Shown: positions 28,528 through 37,281 of the stretch, piece by piece | Layout: each line of letters opens with the position of its first letter | How positions within the stretch are numbered: the stretch's first letter is position 1 | Source of the DNA: a virus | Taxonomy: Duplodnaviria > Caudoviricetes | Strand: one strand, 5' to 3' | DNA length: 64,000 bases | IMG/VR virus record: IMGVR_UViG_3300037067_006113 | Span: 1 to 64,000 of that record | Notes under the pieces: model-generated | Seen by the model: the letters and a program-made list of their open reading frames with translations, nothing else | What the model was told of the DNA's origin: nothing | Databases searched by the model: none | Translations under genes and position numbers: made by a program

Positions 28528-30198
28528 CTATGCTGACTTTCCACCAATCATAAATCCTCTTCCTGGTGTACCTTGACCAGCGTGGTAGCAAACCCCAGCT
28601 ACGGCATCAGAAATATCTTTTCTACCGTTTCTTGGGTGGTCTATTTTACTTCCTTTTACCTCTTCTAATTGTTTTAATTCATTACAGAATTCTTTGTAAT
28701 AGTAATAATCTAATCGGTTGTCCAATAATGCACCTTTAAGAGTATAGTATGCTTCAGGGTTACGATCGATAGATAAAAAGTCAGCATTAAATCCAGCCGA
28801 TTTTAATGTTTGAACTGAATCTACTGATTGCCAACCGTCAAAGGTTACAAGAGATATATTATAACCAATATCTCGAAGTCTATATATAATTTTTCGTATA
28901 TCTTCGAATTTAATTTCGTCCTTTGGTTTAGATTTAATCTGCATCATAAGATCAATGAATATCTTAGGTTTCTTTTCCATTTTACCTTGTATACTTTTAA
29001 CTTCAATCCAACCAGCAAATTTACCCATAGCAAGTCCAGCATAATCACCTTTTCCGTCACGATTTAATCCTAAGTCAATATGTATAAATCGTTTATCTGG
29101 ATCATAGTTAGGACTACTTTTAGCATTCCAAAACCATGAAAAGAAATCACCAGTTTTAGGATCTATAGGATTACTTCTATTATAATTAGCATTGTGATCA
29201 ATAATATCTGGATCATTAAAGAATCCTTGAATAGCCATTGACGGTTGAGCACCATAATCACGCATTGCACGTTCAGGGTTCTGTCTAAACTCATCTTCGT
29301 ATTCAATTGGAACTCTAACACCTTTTAAGTTAGGCAAGTAATCTCCTAAATCAAAGAACTCACCACAATATGATTCTGGTGGCATTGCTTCCCATAGTGG
29401 TATTCTTCTTCTAAATATTTTTGGATTGGTTTCTGCTTCTTCAAACTTACGTTCAGCAAAGTCATATACATATCTAGGTGACGTAATAATAAATACCTTT
29501 CCTTTACCAAAGAAACGGGATCGAATTCTTTTTTTAATCTGGTTATAAGATTCTTCAGCGTAGTCCTTATCTTTTGTTAATGTGTGAAATGAAGCTTCAT
29601 CAATAACAGCACCAAATATATTGTATCCTAATGGCGCCTCTTCATTTGAACCTAACGGAAGAATATATAGGTTTTTTGGCATTCTTATTTTAGATTTAAT
29701 TCTTGGATCTGGTGGATAGAAAGTTTGAAACCATTTATTATTATCCATTCTATTTTTGATTTCGCCAAAAACAACGTCTTTAGCTTGATTAAATGATTTT
29801 GAAATGTTAATAAAGGCAATTTTAGTACCTTTAGCCATATGAAAATACTCTTGTGGATTTCTCAAACATAGAAGACGATATATTATATAAACAATAGCCA
29901 TTGAACCAACATAGGATTTTCCTGATCCTATTCCAGCTATATATAACGCTTCTTCATATTTTCCTAGATTCTCAAATTCTTCAAATGTAGTACCACTATC
30001 AAATATTTCTATTAATAGTTGTTTATTCTTCGGTCTCGGTTGGTCCTGATCGCTCACAAAGTTCGAGTTCTCCAGAAACTCCTTCATTGTCACTGGCTTG
30101 TGCTGGTATTCTGGGTGTATCACCAGAAACTCCAGCATCTCCAGTTCCGTCTGACTCACGCTTTCCAAGAATTTTACGAATTGTGGTGACAATTGCAT
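28528..30198 (-). CDS. terL: Terminase large subunit
   Basis: Walker A GIGSGKS, Walker B AVIDEA, ITSP, nuclease HIDLG, FDGWQS, DHP..GRKDISDA; GAGG RBS before the ATG at 30198. Confidence 0.92.
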   Translation of the reverse strand: MQLSPQFVKFLESVSQTELEMLEFLVIHPEYQHKPVTMKEFLENSNFVSDQDQPRPKNKQLLIEIFDSGTTFEEFENLGKYEEALYIAGIGSGKSYVGSMAIVYIIYRLLCLRNPQEYFHMAKGTKIAFINISKSFNQAKDVVFGEIKNRMDNNKWFQTFYPPDPRIKSKIRMPKNLYILPLGSNEEAPLGYNIFGAVIDEASFHTLTKDKDYAEESYNQIKKRIRSRFFGKGKVFIITSPRYVYDFAERKFEEAETNPKIFRRRIPLWEAMPPESYCGEFFDLGDYLPNLKGVRVPIEYEDEFRQNPERAMRDYGAQPSMAIQGFFNDPDIIDHNANYNRSNPIDPKTGDFFSWFWNAKSSPNYDPDKRFIHIDLGLNRDGKGDYAGLAMGKFAGWIEVKSIQGKMEKKPKIFIDLMMQIKSKPKDEIKFEDIRKIIYRLRDIGYNISLVTFDGWQSVDSVQTLKSAGFNADFLSIDRNPEAYYTLKGALLDNRLDYYYYKEFCNELKQLEEVKGSKIDHPRNGRKDISDAVAGVCYHAGQGTPGRGFMIGGKSA

Positions 30199-30748
30199 AT
30201 CTATCTTCCTCAGATAATTGTTGAACTTCAATTGCAAACTTAGCTACTTTTGCTTCTGCATTGACATTAACATCAAGTAATTCAGGTTGCTTTAATCCTT
30301 CAAGTTCAATTCTTTTATTTAAAATTGCTAATGACGTATTAAGGAAACTATTTTTAACAGTACCTTTAGCGTCTAAATACTGTCTTATTGCTTGATTATA
30401 CAGGAACTTTAATTTATCAAGTATTTCTGCTCTCACTCCAGGTATATCAATATCAATGGCTGAATCCTCCTGTTTGATTGAGTCCATATCATTTTTTACT
30501 GTCCATTCTGAAACTGTAAGTTCAACTCTTTCACCAGTAGCTATCTTAATACCTTTTTGTAAAAATAATACAATTTGGTGAGCTTCGTACCCCATTCTCA
30601 TAAGTTCTCTGACTTTACCCCTACGTAGTGCAACCTTATTTACATCTTCAAGTGATTTTATATTTGGTGCGGAAGATATTAGACTAGTTGGATCTGGTAA
30701 TAGATTTTCGAGTTCAGTAGATTTAGACATATTATAATATTTTACCAC
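30023..30748 (-). CDS. Putative terminase small subunit
   Basis: Immediately upstream of terL; N-terminal HTH-like RRGKVRELMRMG...SEWTVKND. Confidence 0.6.
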   Translation of the reverse strand: MVKYYNMSKSTELENLLPDPTSLISSAPNIKSLEDVNKVALRRGKVRELMRMGYEAHQIVLFLQKGIKIATGERVELTVSEWTVKNDMDSIKQEDSAIDIDIPGVRAEILDKLKFLYNQAIRQYLDAKGTVKNSFLNTSLAILNKRIELEGLKQPELLDVNVNAEAKVAKFAIEVQQLSEEDRYAIVTTIRKILGKRESDGTGDAGVSGDTPRIPAQASDNEGVSGELELCERSGPTETEE

Positions 30749-31278
30749 TCATAACCACATTTTGGACATTTATTTATTGGATTTGGATTTCCATTTTCTA
30801 ATTTCTCTTTTTCCTCTTCACCAATATCCATTATTGTGTTTAGAATTGCATTTATTTCCTCATGAGAAAATCCAAGAATTTCTGATTCTGGTATTTGATC
30901 TTCTTGAGTTAGTTCATATAGGATTTCTGCTAATTGATCAGTATCCCATTCCCCACTAATTTTATTTAGTGCAAGATTTAATATTTTCTCTTTTTCTTTA
31001 GTAACATTTACAAATACAACTGGAACTTCTTTATATCCAAGAGATTTAGCAGCTTCAAACCTTTGGTGACCACCAACAATAGTCCATACTTTTTCTTCTA
31101 AGGTAAATGAGGAATCTTCACGAAGATTAACAACTAACGGTTCAACAAAACCAAATTCTTTTAGTGAATCTTGTAATGCTTTGAACTCAACAGTATTAAT
31201 AAATCTAGGATTGTAAGGTGATTTATTTAATTTTTCTATCGGTACCATTTCCTGTAAAAGATTGTTTATTTTATCCAT
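30742..31278 (-). CDS. ParB/Srx-like domain protein
   Basis: YNPR, SLKEFGFVEPLVVN, VGGHQR, LNKISGEWD; C-terminal CPKC. Confidence 0.88.
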   Translation of the reverse strand: MDKINNLLQEMVPIEKLNKSPYNPRFINTVEFKALQDSLKEFGFVEPLVVNLREDSSFTLEEKVWTIVGGHQRFEAAKSLGYKEVPVVFVNVTKEKEKILNLALNKISGEWDTDQLAEILYELTQEDQIPESEILGFSHEEINAILNTIMDIGEEEKEKLENGNPNPINKCPKCGYEW

Positions 31279-31302
31279 AATTTTCTCCTTTTTAATTCTA
31301 CA

Positions 31303-31641
31303 CTAATTAAATCTATCTTGTGAGTCTTTTTCACGTACGAAATCAAGTAACTTGGCAAAGAAGTTAATATCAATTACAACTAACTTAGTTTTCTTATTCC
31401 ATTGTCGAAGTATAAGAATAGCATTATCCTTTGGAGATTTACAGTATTTCTTCTTTAATTCCTCATAAAGACTAAAAGTTTGGAATCTTTTATATCGTTT
31501 GGTATCTACTTTGAAAGAGGGAAAATCTGGTACGTCAACGTCAGTATTCTTTTCACCATATGAAATACGCCATATTCGTTTACCACGAAGTTCTTTCGCT
31601 ACTGTTCGTTCTAATGCTTTCCATGCTTTCGATCTAGCCAT
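31303..31641 (-). CDS. PD-(D/E)XK nuclease / Holliday junction resolvase-like
   Basis: WKALERTVA...DV...VDTK. Confidence 0.6.
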   Translation of the reverse strand: MARSKAWKALERTVAKELRGKRIWRISYGEKNTDVDVPDFPSFKVDTKRYKRFQTFSLYEELKKKYCKSPKDNAILILRQWNKKTKLVVIDINFFAKLLDFVREKDSQDRFN

Positions 31642-31792
31642 AACCTTGTTTTATTTTTTGGTGGATTTAGGTTTGATCATACCAAGAGTTTTCATAGCCT
31701 CGAATACTTGAGTTGGTGCAATACATTTAAACTTTGAGTTCCTAAATACTTCCAACCATTTTATTGCTTTTTTTATATTCATATATTAAACC

Positions 31793-32068
31793 TTATTTTT
31801 CTGAAAGTTCCTTTTCTTTTTCCTTAGCCCAATTAATAGATCCAGAATAAAAATTAAAAAACGGTAACATTGTAAATAATAACTTGAATATACCTATTTT
31901 AACACCTCGACCCTTCTCATAATCATAGTATTTTAATATCTGGTTATCTTCTAATTTTTTAACCCAGTGTTCAGGATTATTAGTATACTCATAGAAGAAT
32001 CCCCAATCAGAATTGGAAACTTTCATTGGCATAAAAATAATATGTAATTTTGGTAATTCTATTTTCAT
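31793..32068 (-). CDS. Hypothetical protein (start MKIELPK)
   Basis: The longer ORF-track start overlaps tRNA-Pro, so the ATG at 32068 is used. Confidence 0.5.
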   Translation of the reverse strand: MKIELPKLHIIFMPMKVSNSDWGFFYEYTNNPEHWVKKLEDNQILKYYDYEKGRGVKIGIFKLLFTMLPFFNFYSGSINWAKEKEKELSEK

Positions 32069-32073
32069 ATAAA

Positions 32074-32151
32074 TGGTCGGAGATACAGGACTTGAACCTG
32101 CGACCCCTCGGTCCCAAACCGAGTGCTCTGGCGCCACTGAGCTAATCTCCG
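32074..32151 (-). tRNA. tRNA-Pro(TGG)
   Basis: Cloverleaf; CTCGG-TTTGGGA-CCGAG; GTTCAAGTC; CCA. Confidence 0.93.
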
Positions 32152-32154
32152 ACA

Positions 32155-32343
32155 TTGATAACTGAGTGCTGTGGAGGAGGAAAGTCATTATCTAGAATGA
32201 ACCTTCTCAAGTTTACGAGTAGAGACTTGAATGGTAATTCTTTTACGTAAACAACCTATCTTGTCCTCTTTCGTTAAGAGGCGACGATAGTACCTTATCC
32301 CTCTACTAAAGGATTATTCAGTCACACAACACTCAATTGTCAA
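32155..32343 (-). ncRNA. Structured RNA D: class II tRNA scaffold with every arm extended
   Basis: 19-bp terminal stem; TGACTGAA..AAGGTA D-arm with an inserted hairpin; extended anticodon-position and T-position helices; no CCA. Confidence 0.65.
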
Positions 32344-32349
32344 AGTTTT

Positions 32350-32423
32350 TGGCTGGCACGGTGAGAATCGGACTCACATCCTTCGGTTAACAGCCGATCA
32401 TAATACCATTATACTACACGCCA
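32350..32423 (-). tRNA. tRNA-Asn(GTT)
   Basis: ATCGG-CTGTTAA-CCGAA; GCCA end; T-loop GTCCGATTC. Confidence 0.88.
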
Positions 32424-32436
32424 TTACTTATTTAAA

Positions 32437-32510
32437 TGGTTCTGGCGGAAAGATTCGAACTTCCATCTGCTGATCCAAAGTCAGCCGTGCTACCCTTACA
32501 CCACCCCAGA
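32437..32510 (-). tRNA. tRNA-Gln(TTG)
   Basis: GCTGA-CTTTGGA-TCAGC; GTTCGAATC; CCA. Confidence 0.92.
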
Positions 32511-32549
32511 TCATTGGTTGGCGTAATTAGTTGCTCTGTTGATTTATAT

Positions 32550-32624
32550 TGGAGGCCCAGAAGGGAATCGAACCCTTGCATATTGGTTTTGCGAACCTGT
32601 CTGTTTCCACTTCAGCACTGGGCC
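32550..32624 (-). tRNA. tRNA-Cys(GCA), atypical anticodon arm
   Basis: GGCCCAG/CTGGGCC acceptor, U73-CCA, loop TCGCAAA, weak anticodon stem. Confidence 0.8.
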
Positions 32625-32675
32625 TTATTTCAGACTCAGTACAACAGTATTCTTCTGATAAACCAATTATGCTTT

Positions 32676-32867
32676 TCATAATGATAATTCTAATCTTTTT
32701 ATTATTTCGGTCAAATGCTTGTTGCTCTGATTATTACGGAATGCTTTTTGCAAACGTCGAAGTTTATTCTTTTCTCTTCTATGTTCGCGACGGTATCTTT
32801 CACACTTAACTTTGTTCCTTCCGTACTTCCTAGTGCCACCATGACCTACTTTGATATGCTTGGACAT
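32676..32867 (-). CDS. Small highly basic protein inside the tRNA cluster
   Basis: AGGAGGTG RBS; R/K-rich. Confidence 0.7.
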   Translation of the reverse strand: MSKHIKVGHGGTRKYGRNKVKCERYRREHRREKNKLRRLQKAFRNNQSNKHLTEIIKRLELSL

Positions 32868-32928
32868 GACTTGCTCACCTCCTAGTGAGAGTTGTCTTCA
32901 ATTAATTTTGACAACTATGCCGTCATGT
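32864..32928 (-). promoter_or_regulatory. Three-way-junction leader that sequesters the RBS and start codon
   Basis: ACATGAC/GTCATGT, AGTTGTC/GACAACT, CTCAC-TAGGAG-GTGAG. Confidence 0.65.
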
Positions 32929-32960
32929 TTAACTCCTTCATATCATAAATTTATAAATAT

Positions 32961-33049
32961 TAGCGCTGCAAGGTCCAGATTCGAACTGGCATTTCCAGTG
33001 GGGTTCTTGCGAACAACCCACTAGTGTCCTACCGCTAGACGAACTAAGC
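32961..33049 (-). ncRNA. tRNA-Glu-like element E with the anticodon loop replaced by a GNRA-capped hairpin
   Basis: TTCGTCTAGCGGTAGGACA D-arm, GCCAGTTCGAATCTGG T-arm, 20-nt insert in place of the 7-nt loop, ends GCTA. Confidence 0.7.
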
Positions 33050-33052
33050 ATA

Positions 33053-33126
33053 TGGAGCGTCTAAGCAGACTCGAACTGCTGACTGCTACTTGGAAGGTAG
33101 CTAGTTTGCCTCTAACCTATAGACGC
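33053..33126 (-). tRNA. tRNA-Gly(TCC)
   Basis: GCTAC-CTTCCAA-GTAGC; TCCA end. Confidence 0.92.
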
Positions 33127-33132
33127 ACATTA

Positions 33133-33314
33133 GGTGAATAACCATGCTTTTAAGTTTAGGTTACCACCTTAATTCCTATCTTACAGGTCTTACGACCATC
33201 GGACGCACTTTCGTGGTAAGGACCGATATTCCTCGTTATTACTTTGATCTCTTTAGTGTCGGACTTAGGGTTTTATTTCGCACCCAGTCTGCTATACGCA
33301 GTTTTTCCCTCACC
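33133..33314 (-). ncRNA. Candidate structured RNA F between the two tRNA-Gly genes
   Basis: GGTGAG/TTCACC closing pair, GACTGGGT/ACCC..AGTC, CTTAC-CAC-GAAA-GTG..GTAAG; no credible ORF. Confidence 0.45.
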
Positions 33315-33326
33315 GAACTATAACAT

Positions 33327-33400
33327 TGGAGCGGAATACGAGAATCGGACTCGTGTTTCTTCCATGGCAAGGAAGCGTTGTGCCATTCAACTAATCCCGC
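33327..33400 (-). tRNA. tRNA-Gly(GCC)
   Basis: CTTCC-TTGCCAT-GGAAG; TCCA; T-loop GTCCGATTC. Confidence 0.9.
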
Positions 33401-33403
33401 AAA

Positions 33404-33478
33404 TGGTGGAGCCAAAGAGATTTGAACTCTTAACCTTCTAGTTGCAAGCTAGTTGCTCTGCCGTTGAGCTATGGTCCC
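33404..33478 (-). tRNA. tRNA-Ala(TGC)
   Basis: G3:U70 pair, loop CTTGCAA, ACCA. Confidence 0.92.
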
Positions 33479-33481
33479 ATA

Positions 33482-33555
33482 TGGCAGGAACGGAGAGAGT
33501 CGAACTCTCAGTCACGGTTTTGGAGACCGTTGGTTTGCCTTTAACCGACATTCCT
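33482..33555 (-). tRNA. tRNA-Trp(CCA)
   Basis: ACGGT-CTCCAAA-ACCGT; GCCA. Confidence 0.93.
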
Positions 33556-33616
33556 ATAGTGCCGTAAGATAATGTGTTGCGTTTAAACGAACTATTTATC
33601 TAAAACGGCGAATCTA

Positions 33617-33645
33617 ATTATAACAGAATTACTCTATTTTTTCAA
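33617..33645 (-). promoter_or_regulatory. Promoter of the tRNA operon
   Basis: TTGAAA-17-TATAAT with TG extension. Confidence 0.7.
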
Positions 33646-34617
33646 GTTTGGAATATTGTTGATAGTATTGTTTAATTTTATAGTCACAATACCACTCGAT
33701 ACTTTCACGAGTTTTATTAGGCATTACACAAGAACTACCTAAAAGTTTTTCTAGAGAAGAACATTTAGATAAGAACTTATACAGAGTTATTGTTTTCTGT
33801 GGTTCGGTTTGATTCCTCATCTTTCAATAAAATCGGTGGTATCTTATCCCCATGTAAACAACTGTCTACATAGTCTTCAGATACTTTTAAGAATTTATTT
33901 TTGGAACCACAGTTAACGCAACACTCTAAGTTGCGATCAGAAAATTCATTATATAACTCGCCAGTCTTTATAAGAATATTTGCCTCCCCAATACTAATTA
34001 CATAATGAATTGTGCCACAATTTTGACACTCAACATATTGAAGATTTTTTAATGAGTCTTCCATAATATTTATTCAACCTTTGCTGTTTCAACTTTTTCT
34101 TCTGGTTTCTTCTCTTTTTTGATTGACTTTAATGATTGTTGTTCAGTTTTACTTTCTACTTTAGGTTTTGAGAAACCTTCTTTTGGATCGGCTAATACAA
34201 AGTGTTGAATCTTATCGCTGATTATTAAAGTTTCAACTTTCTCTACGCGAACTCCATTTTTAGCAAAACTTCCGAGAGCTTGGTTTAACTTTTTAATGTC
34301 ATCATACTGATATAGTTTCATTAACTAAACACCTCCGTTTCTATCAAATAGTTTATATGTTATATAAAAATATAGCAATACTATTTGAATATATCTTCGG
34401 ATATGACTGGTTCATCAAGTTTTGGAATCATTGCACCTTCTAGTACTTCTGGAAATTCCTCACTATATACAACAATTTTGAAATTATTAGTAAGAGTATC
34501 GTATTGTACTCTTACAGCTTCGGCATCATTAGGAAATTTATTCTTAATAGCTCTTTTACATAATTCAGCAACAATTTGTGCTGACATATCTATATACTTA
34601 ACTTTTGATAATTTCAT
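33629..34617 (-). other. Four small hypothetical ORFs (33777..34064 has a zinc ribbon)
   Basis: ORF track. Confidence 0.55.
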
Positions 34618-34921
34618 ATATGTTTCTCACTATTACATCTTTACTAACAAGACCGTTTGTTTGGTTAATAAGTTTCTTATTCTTATCTAAGAATATAAGT
34701 GTTGGAATGCTCATGACATTATATCTTAAGGCGATATTTTGACTAATATCAACATTGACCTTAAATACAGATAATTTATCCTTATATTCTTCTGAAATCT
34801 CTTTTACTATAGGGGATATTGATTTACAAGGACCACACCAATCTGCGTATATATCTATCAAAATTGGAAGGTCGGTTTTTTCTATCTCCTTATCAAAATT
34901 TTTATCATCTAGTATGATCAT
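34598..34921 (-). CDS. trxA: Thioredoxin
   Basis: WCGPC active site; cis-Pro SIPTL. Confidence 0.95.
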   Translation of the reverse strand: MIILDDKNFDKEIEKTDLPILIDIYADWCGPCKSISPIVKEISEEYKDKLSVFKVNVDISQNIALRYNVMSIPTLIFLDKNKKLINQTNGLVSKDVIVRNIYEIIKS

Positions 34922-35300
34922 AATTTTTTACCATTCTGGATACTTTTCTAAATCAGTACCTTTTACACCAATAGTTAATATATCTCTTGTCGGAACTCTA
35001 TATGATTTTCCTGTCGTAATAAGAATTATCTTCTTATATTTACCAAATATCTTTTCTAATTCTTTTAGTGTTTTCTGACCTTCTGGTGTATCCCATTTAG
35101 CTTTTATTTTTTCCTTTTCAGTTTCATTCATTTATCTAATAAGAAATTGATAACTTCTTCTAACTCTAAAACTGCTTTTTTTATACGGTCGATCTTATCC
35201 TCTAGTGGTTTAAATTCACTTGAATCTGGTAAAACAGGGATTTCTCTTTCCTTAATTTCAACTTCTATTTTATAAATTGATCCATCTTTATTTTTGAAAA

Positions 35301-35600
35301 TCATTTTTTCTCCTTAAAAAAGGCAAGAAAGTCATTTTTATCTAATACTATAACTTCTATGCCAGTTCCTAACTGAATTGATAAACAAGGTAATTTTCTG
35401 CACTTTAACGCTTCAGTATTTATTTTATTCCAAATATCTTCGGTAATTGAGTAGCTTTTCTTATCTGTTGTTTTACAGTCAATTAAAAACTCTTCGGTAG
35501 AAACGTCACCAGGTGCAAACCAAAAACCACCACTTCGTGGTTTTAGTTTACCACGAAATAGTGATTTGTCTTTATTTTCCTTTTTTTGCCACTTTTTCAT
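35301..35600 (-). CDS. Holliday junction resolvase-like PD-(D/E)XK nuclease
   Basis: PRSGG..PGDV...IDCK; next to ssb and recA. Confidence 0.75.
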   Translation of the reverse strand: MKKWQKKENKDKSLFRGKLKPRSGGFWFAPGDVSTEEFLIDCKTTDKKSYSITEDIWNKINTEALKCRKLPCLSIQLGTGIEVIVLDKNDFLAFFKEKK

Positions 35601-36072
35601 CTTCTCCTAATATATCATCTACATCTCCAAGATCTAGATCATCGAAATTTATATCACTTAAATCTGTATCGTCTTGTTTTGTTTTCATTGCTGGTTCTGG
35701 TGGTGTAGGTTGATCACTTCCATCTGATTGATTAGCCGATTTTTTATTATCTAGTAATATCATTTCACTAGCAACAATCTCAGTTATATTATGGTTAGTA
35801 CCATCCTTATCTTTCCAAAGTCTGTTTGATATTCGTCCTTCTAAATATACTTTAGAACCTTTAACTAAATATTGAGATATAATCTCACCCAATTTGCTCC
35901 AAGCAATTACTCTGTGGAATGTAGCTTCTGTTTTAGTCTGACCAGTGCTATCTTTCCAATCTCTGTTTGTTGCTACTGTGAAAGAACAAACTGCTGTTCC
36001 AGCTGGTGTATATCGTAACTCTGGATCTTTAGCAGCATTTCCTATAAGTGTTACTTTGTTTAAACATTTCAT
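35572..36072 (-). CDS. ssb: Single-stranded DNA-binding protein
   Basis: LNKVTLIGN..KDPELRYT, FTVAT, KGSKVYLEGR; acidic tail. Confidence 0.95.
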   Translation of the reverse strand: MKCLNKVTLIGNAAKDPELRYTPAGTAVCSFTVATNRDWKDSTGQTKTEATFHRVIAWSKLGEIISQYLVKGSKVYLEGRISNRLWKDKDGTNHNITEIVASEMILLDNKKSANQSDGSDQPTPPEPAMKTKQDDTDLSDINFDDLDLGDVDDILGEDEKVAKKGK

Positions 36073-36291
36073 ATTTTTACCTCCTTTCTGTTTTCAATTT
36101 CTGATAATTCTCTTTCCCATTTTGCAATATCTTCCCTAGCCTGTTCGCTGTACATTTCATGATCTTTATATGCTTTAGTTAAGTTTATATGTAGTTTTAG
36201 CCACAATGTTCTTGGCATTCTATCCCATGATTTTCTATTAATAGAGCCATATAAATAACCAAATTCAAAGAAATTTAAATGTATGTCTATA

Positions 36292-37281
36292 TCACTTTTT
36301 TTCATTGACTTTTTCCTTCCATAATTTCATTAAATCTTCTTTAAAGTCATTATTAGTTCGGACTTCGTTTTCTAGTTCCTCTCTACCTTGAAATGTTTTT
36401 CCAACAACGTCATAGTATGAGGCGCGACGTATTATTTTGTTTTGAATCAACAACATTGATACTAATTCATCAGCTTCATCAAAAACTACTTGTGGAGTTT
36501 TAATATCCATATCTGGGTGATAAAACACAAAATAACCGTCTCTATACGGTGGACATACTTTGGATTTAGAAACCTTAAATTTAACTTGTTGTCCTATGAC
36601 TTTTTTATTCTCTTCTATTAAGTCACCTCTTGTAACTTCTACTCGTAATGACGCATAAAATCCTAATGCACGACCACCAGCGGTTATATTTGGATTACCA
36701 TATAAAGTTGGTTTTTCTCTGATTTGATTAATAAAAAGTATTAATGTTTTATTTTTAGCAGCCTTACCAGTAATCTTGCGAAGTGCTTTACTCATAAGTC
36801 TTGCATGAAGACCAATGGTTTGTTTTTCTATAGACTCATCCAGTTCGTATTGTGGAACAAGAGCAGCTACACTATCTACAACAATAAGTGAAACGTTACT
36901 ATCAAGTAGTTTATAAATAATATCAAATACTTCTTCTCCAGCTGAAACTTGAGATATGATTAATTCGTCTGGATTAATACCAATATGTTTTGCAAAGTCA
37001 GGATCAAAGGCGTTTTCAGAATCTAAGTAAACAACACTTTTACCTAACTTTTGGAATTCAACTACAGTTCTAAGTGCTATTAGTGACTTGCCCGAAGAAT
37101 AAGGGCCATATAATTCAACGGTTCTCCCAAGAGGCCAACCACCTCCAATACACCAATCTAAATATGGAGATCCAGTTGATACTCGATCAATAGATATTGT
37201 TGACATATCTGTAATTACACCAATAGTATTTTCGCCAAATTTCTTATTCAATTCTAGAATTGTCTTTTTAAGATCAGTCAT
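36292..37281 (-). CDS. recA: RecA/UvsX recombinase
   Basis: GPYSSGKS, VVDSVAAL, ARLMSKALRK, FINQIR, GGRALGFYAS; ATG at 37281. Confidence 0.95.
   Translation of the reverse strand: MTDLKKTILELNKKFGENTIGVITDMSTISIDRVSTGSPYLDWCIGGGWPLGRTVELYGPYSSGKSLIALRTVVEFQKLGKSVVYLDSENAFDPDFAKHIGINPDELIISQVSAGEEVFDIIYKLLDSNVSLIVVDSVAALVPQYELDESIEKQTIGLHARLMSKALRKITGKAAKNKTLILFINQIREKPTLYGNPNITAGGRALGFYASLRVEVTRGDLIEENKKVIGQQVKFKVSKSKVCPPYRDGYFVFYHPDMDIKTPQVVFDEADELVSMLLIQNKIIRRASYYDVVGKTFQGREELENEVRTNNDFKEDLMKLWKEKVNEKK

Noticed and set aside
32174-32190. GAGGAAAGTC on the + strand as the RNase P RNA signature
   Set aside because: Not followed by the P4 CC-purine motif, no 3' ACAGAA..CGGCTTA partner, too short, and opposite to the tRNA operon strand
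32436-33441. + strand ORFs 32436..32681, 32549..32809 and 33244..33441
   Set aside because: Antisense shadows of tRNA genes
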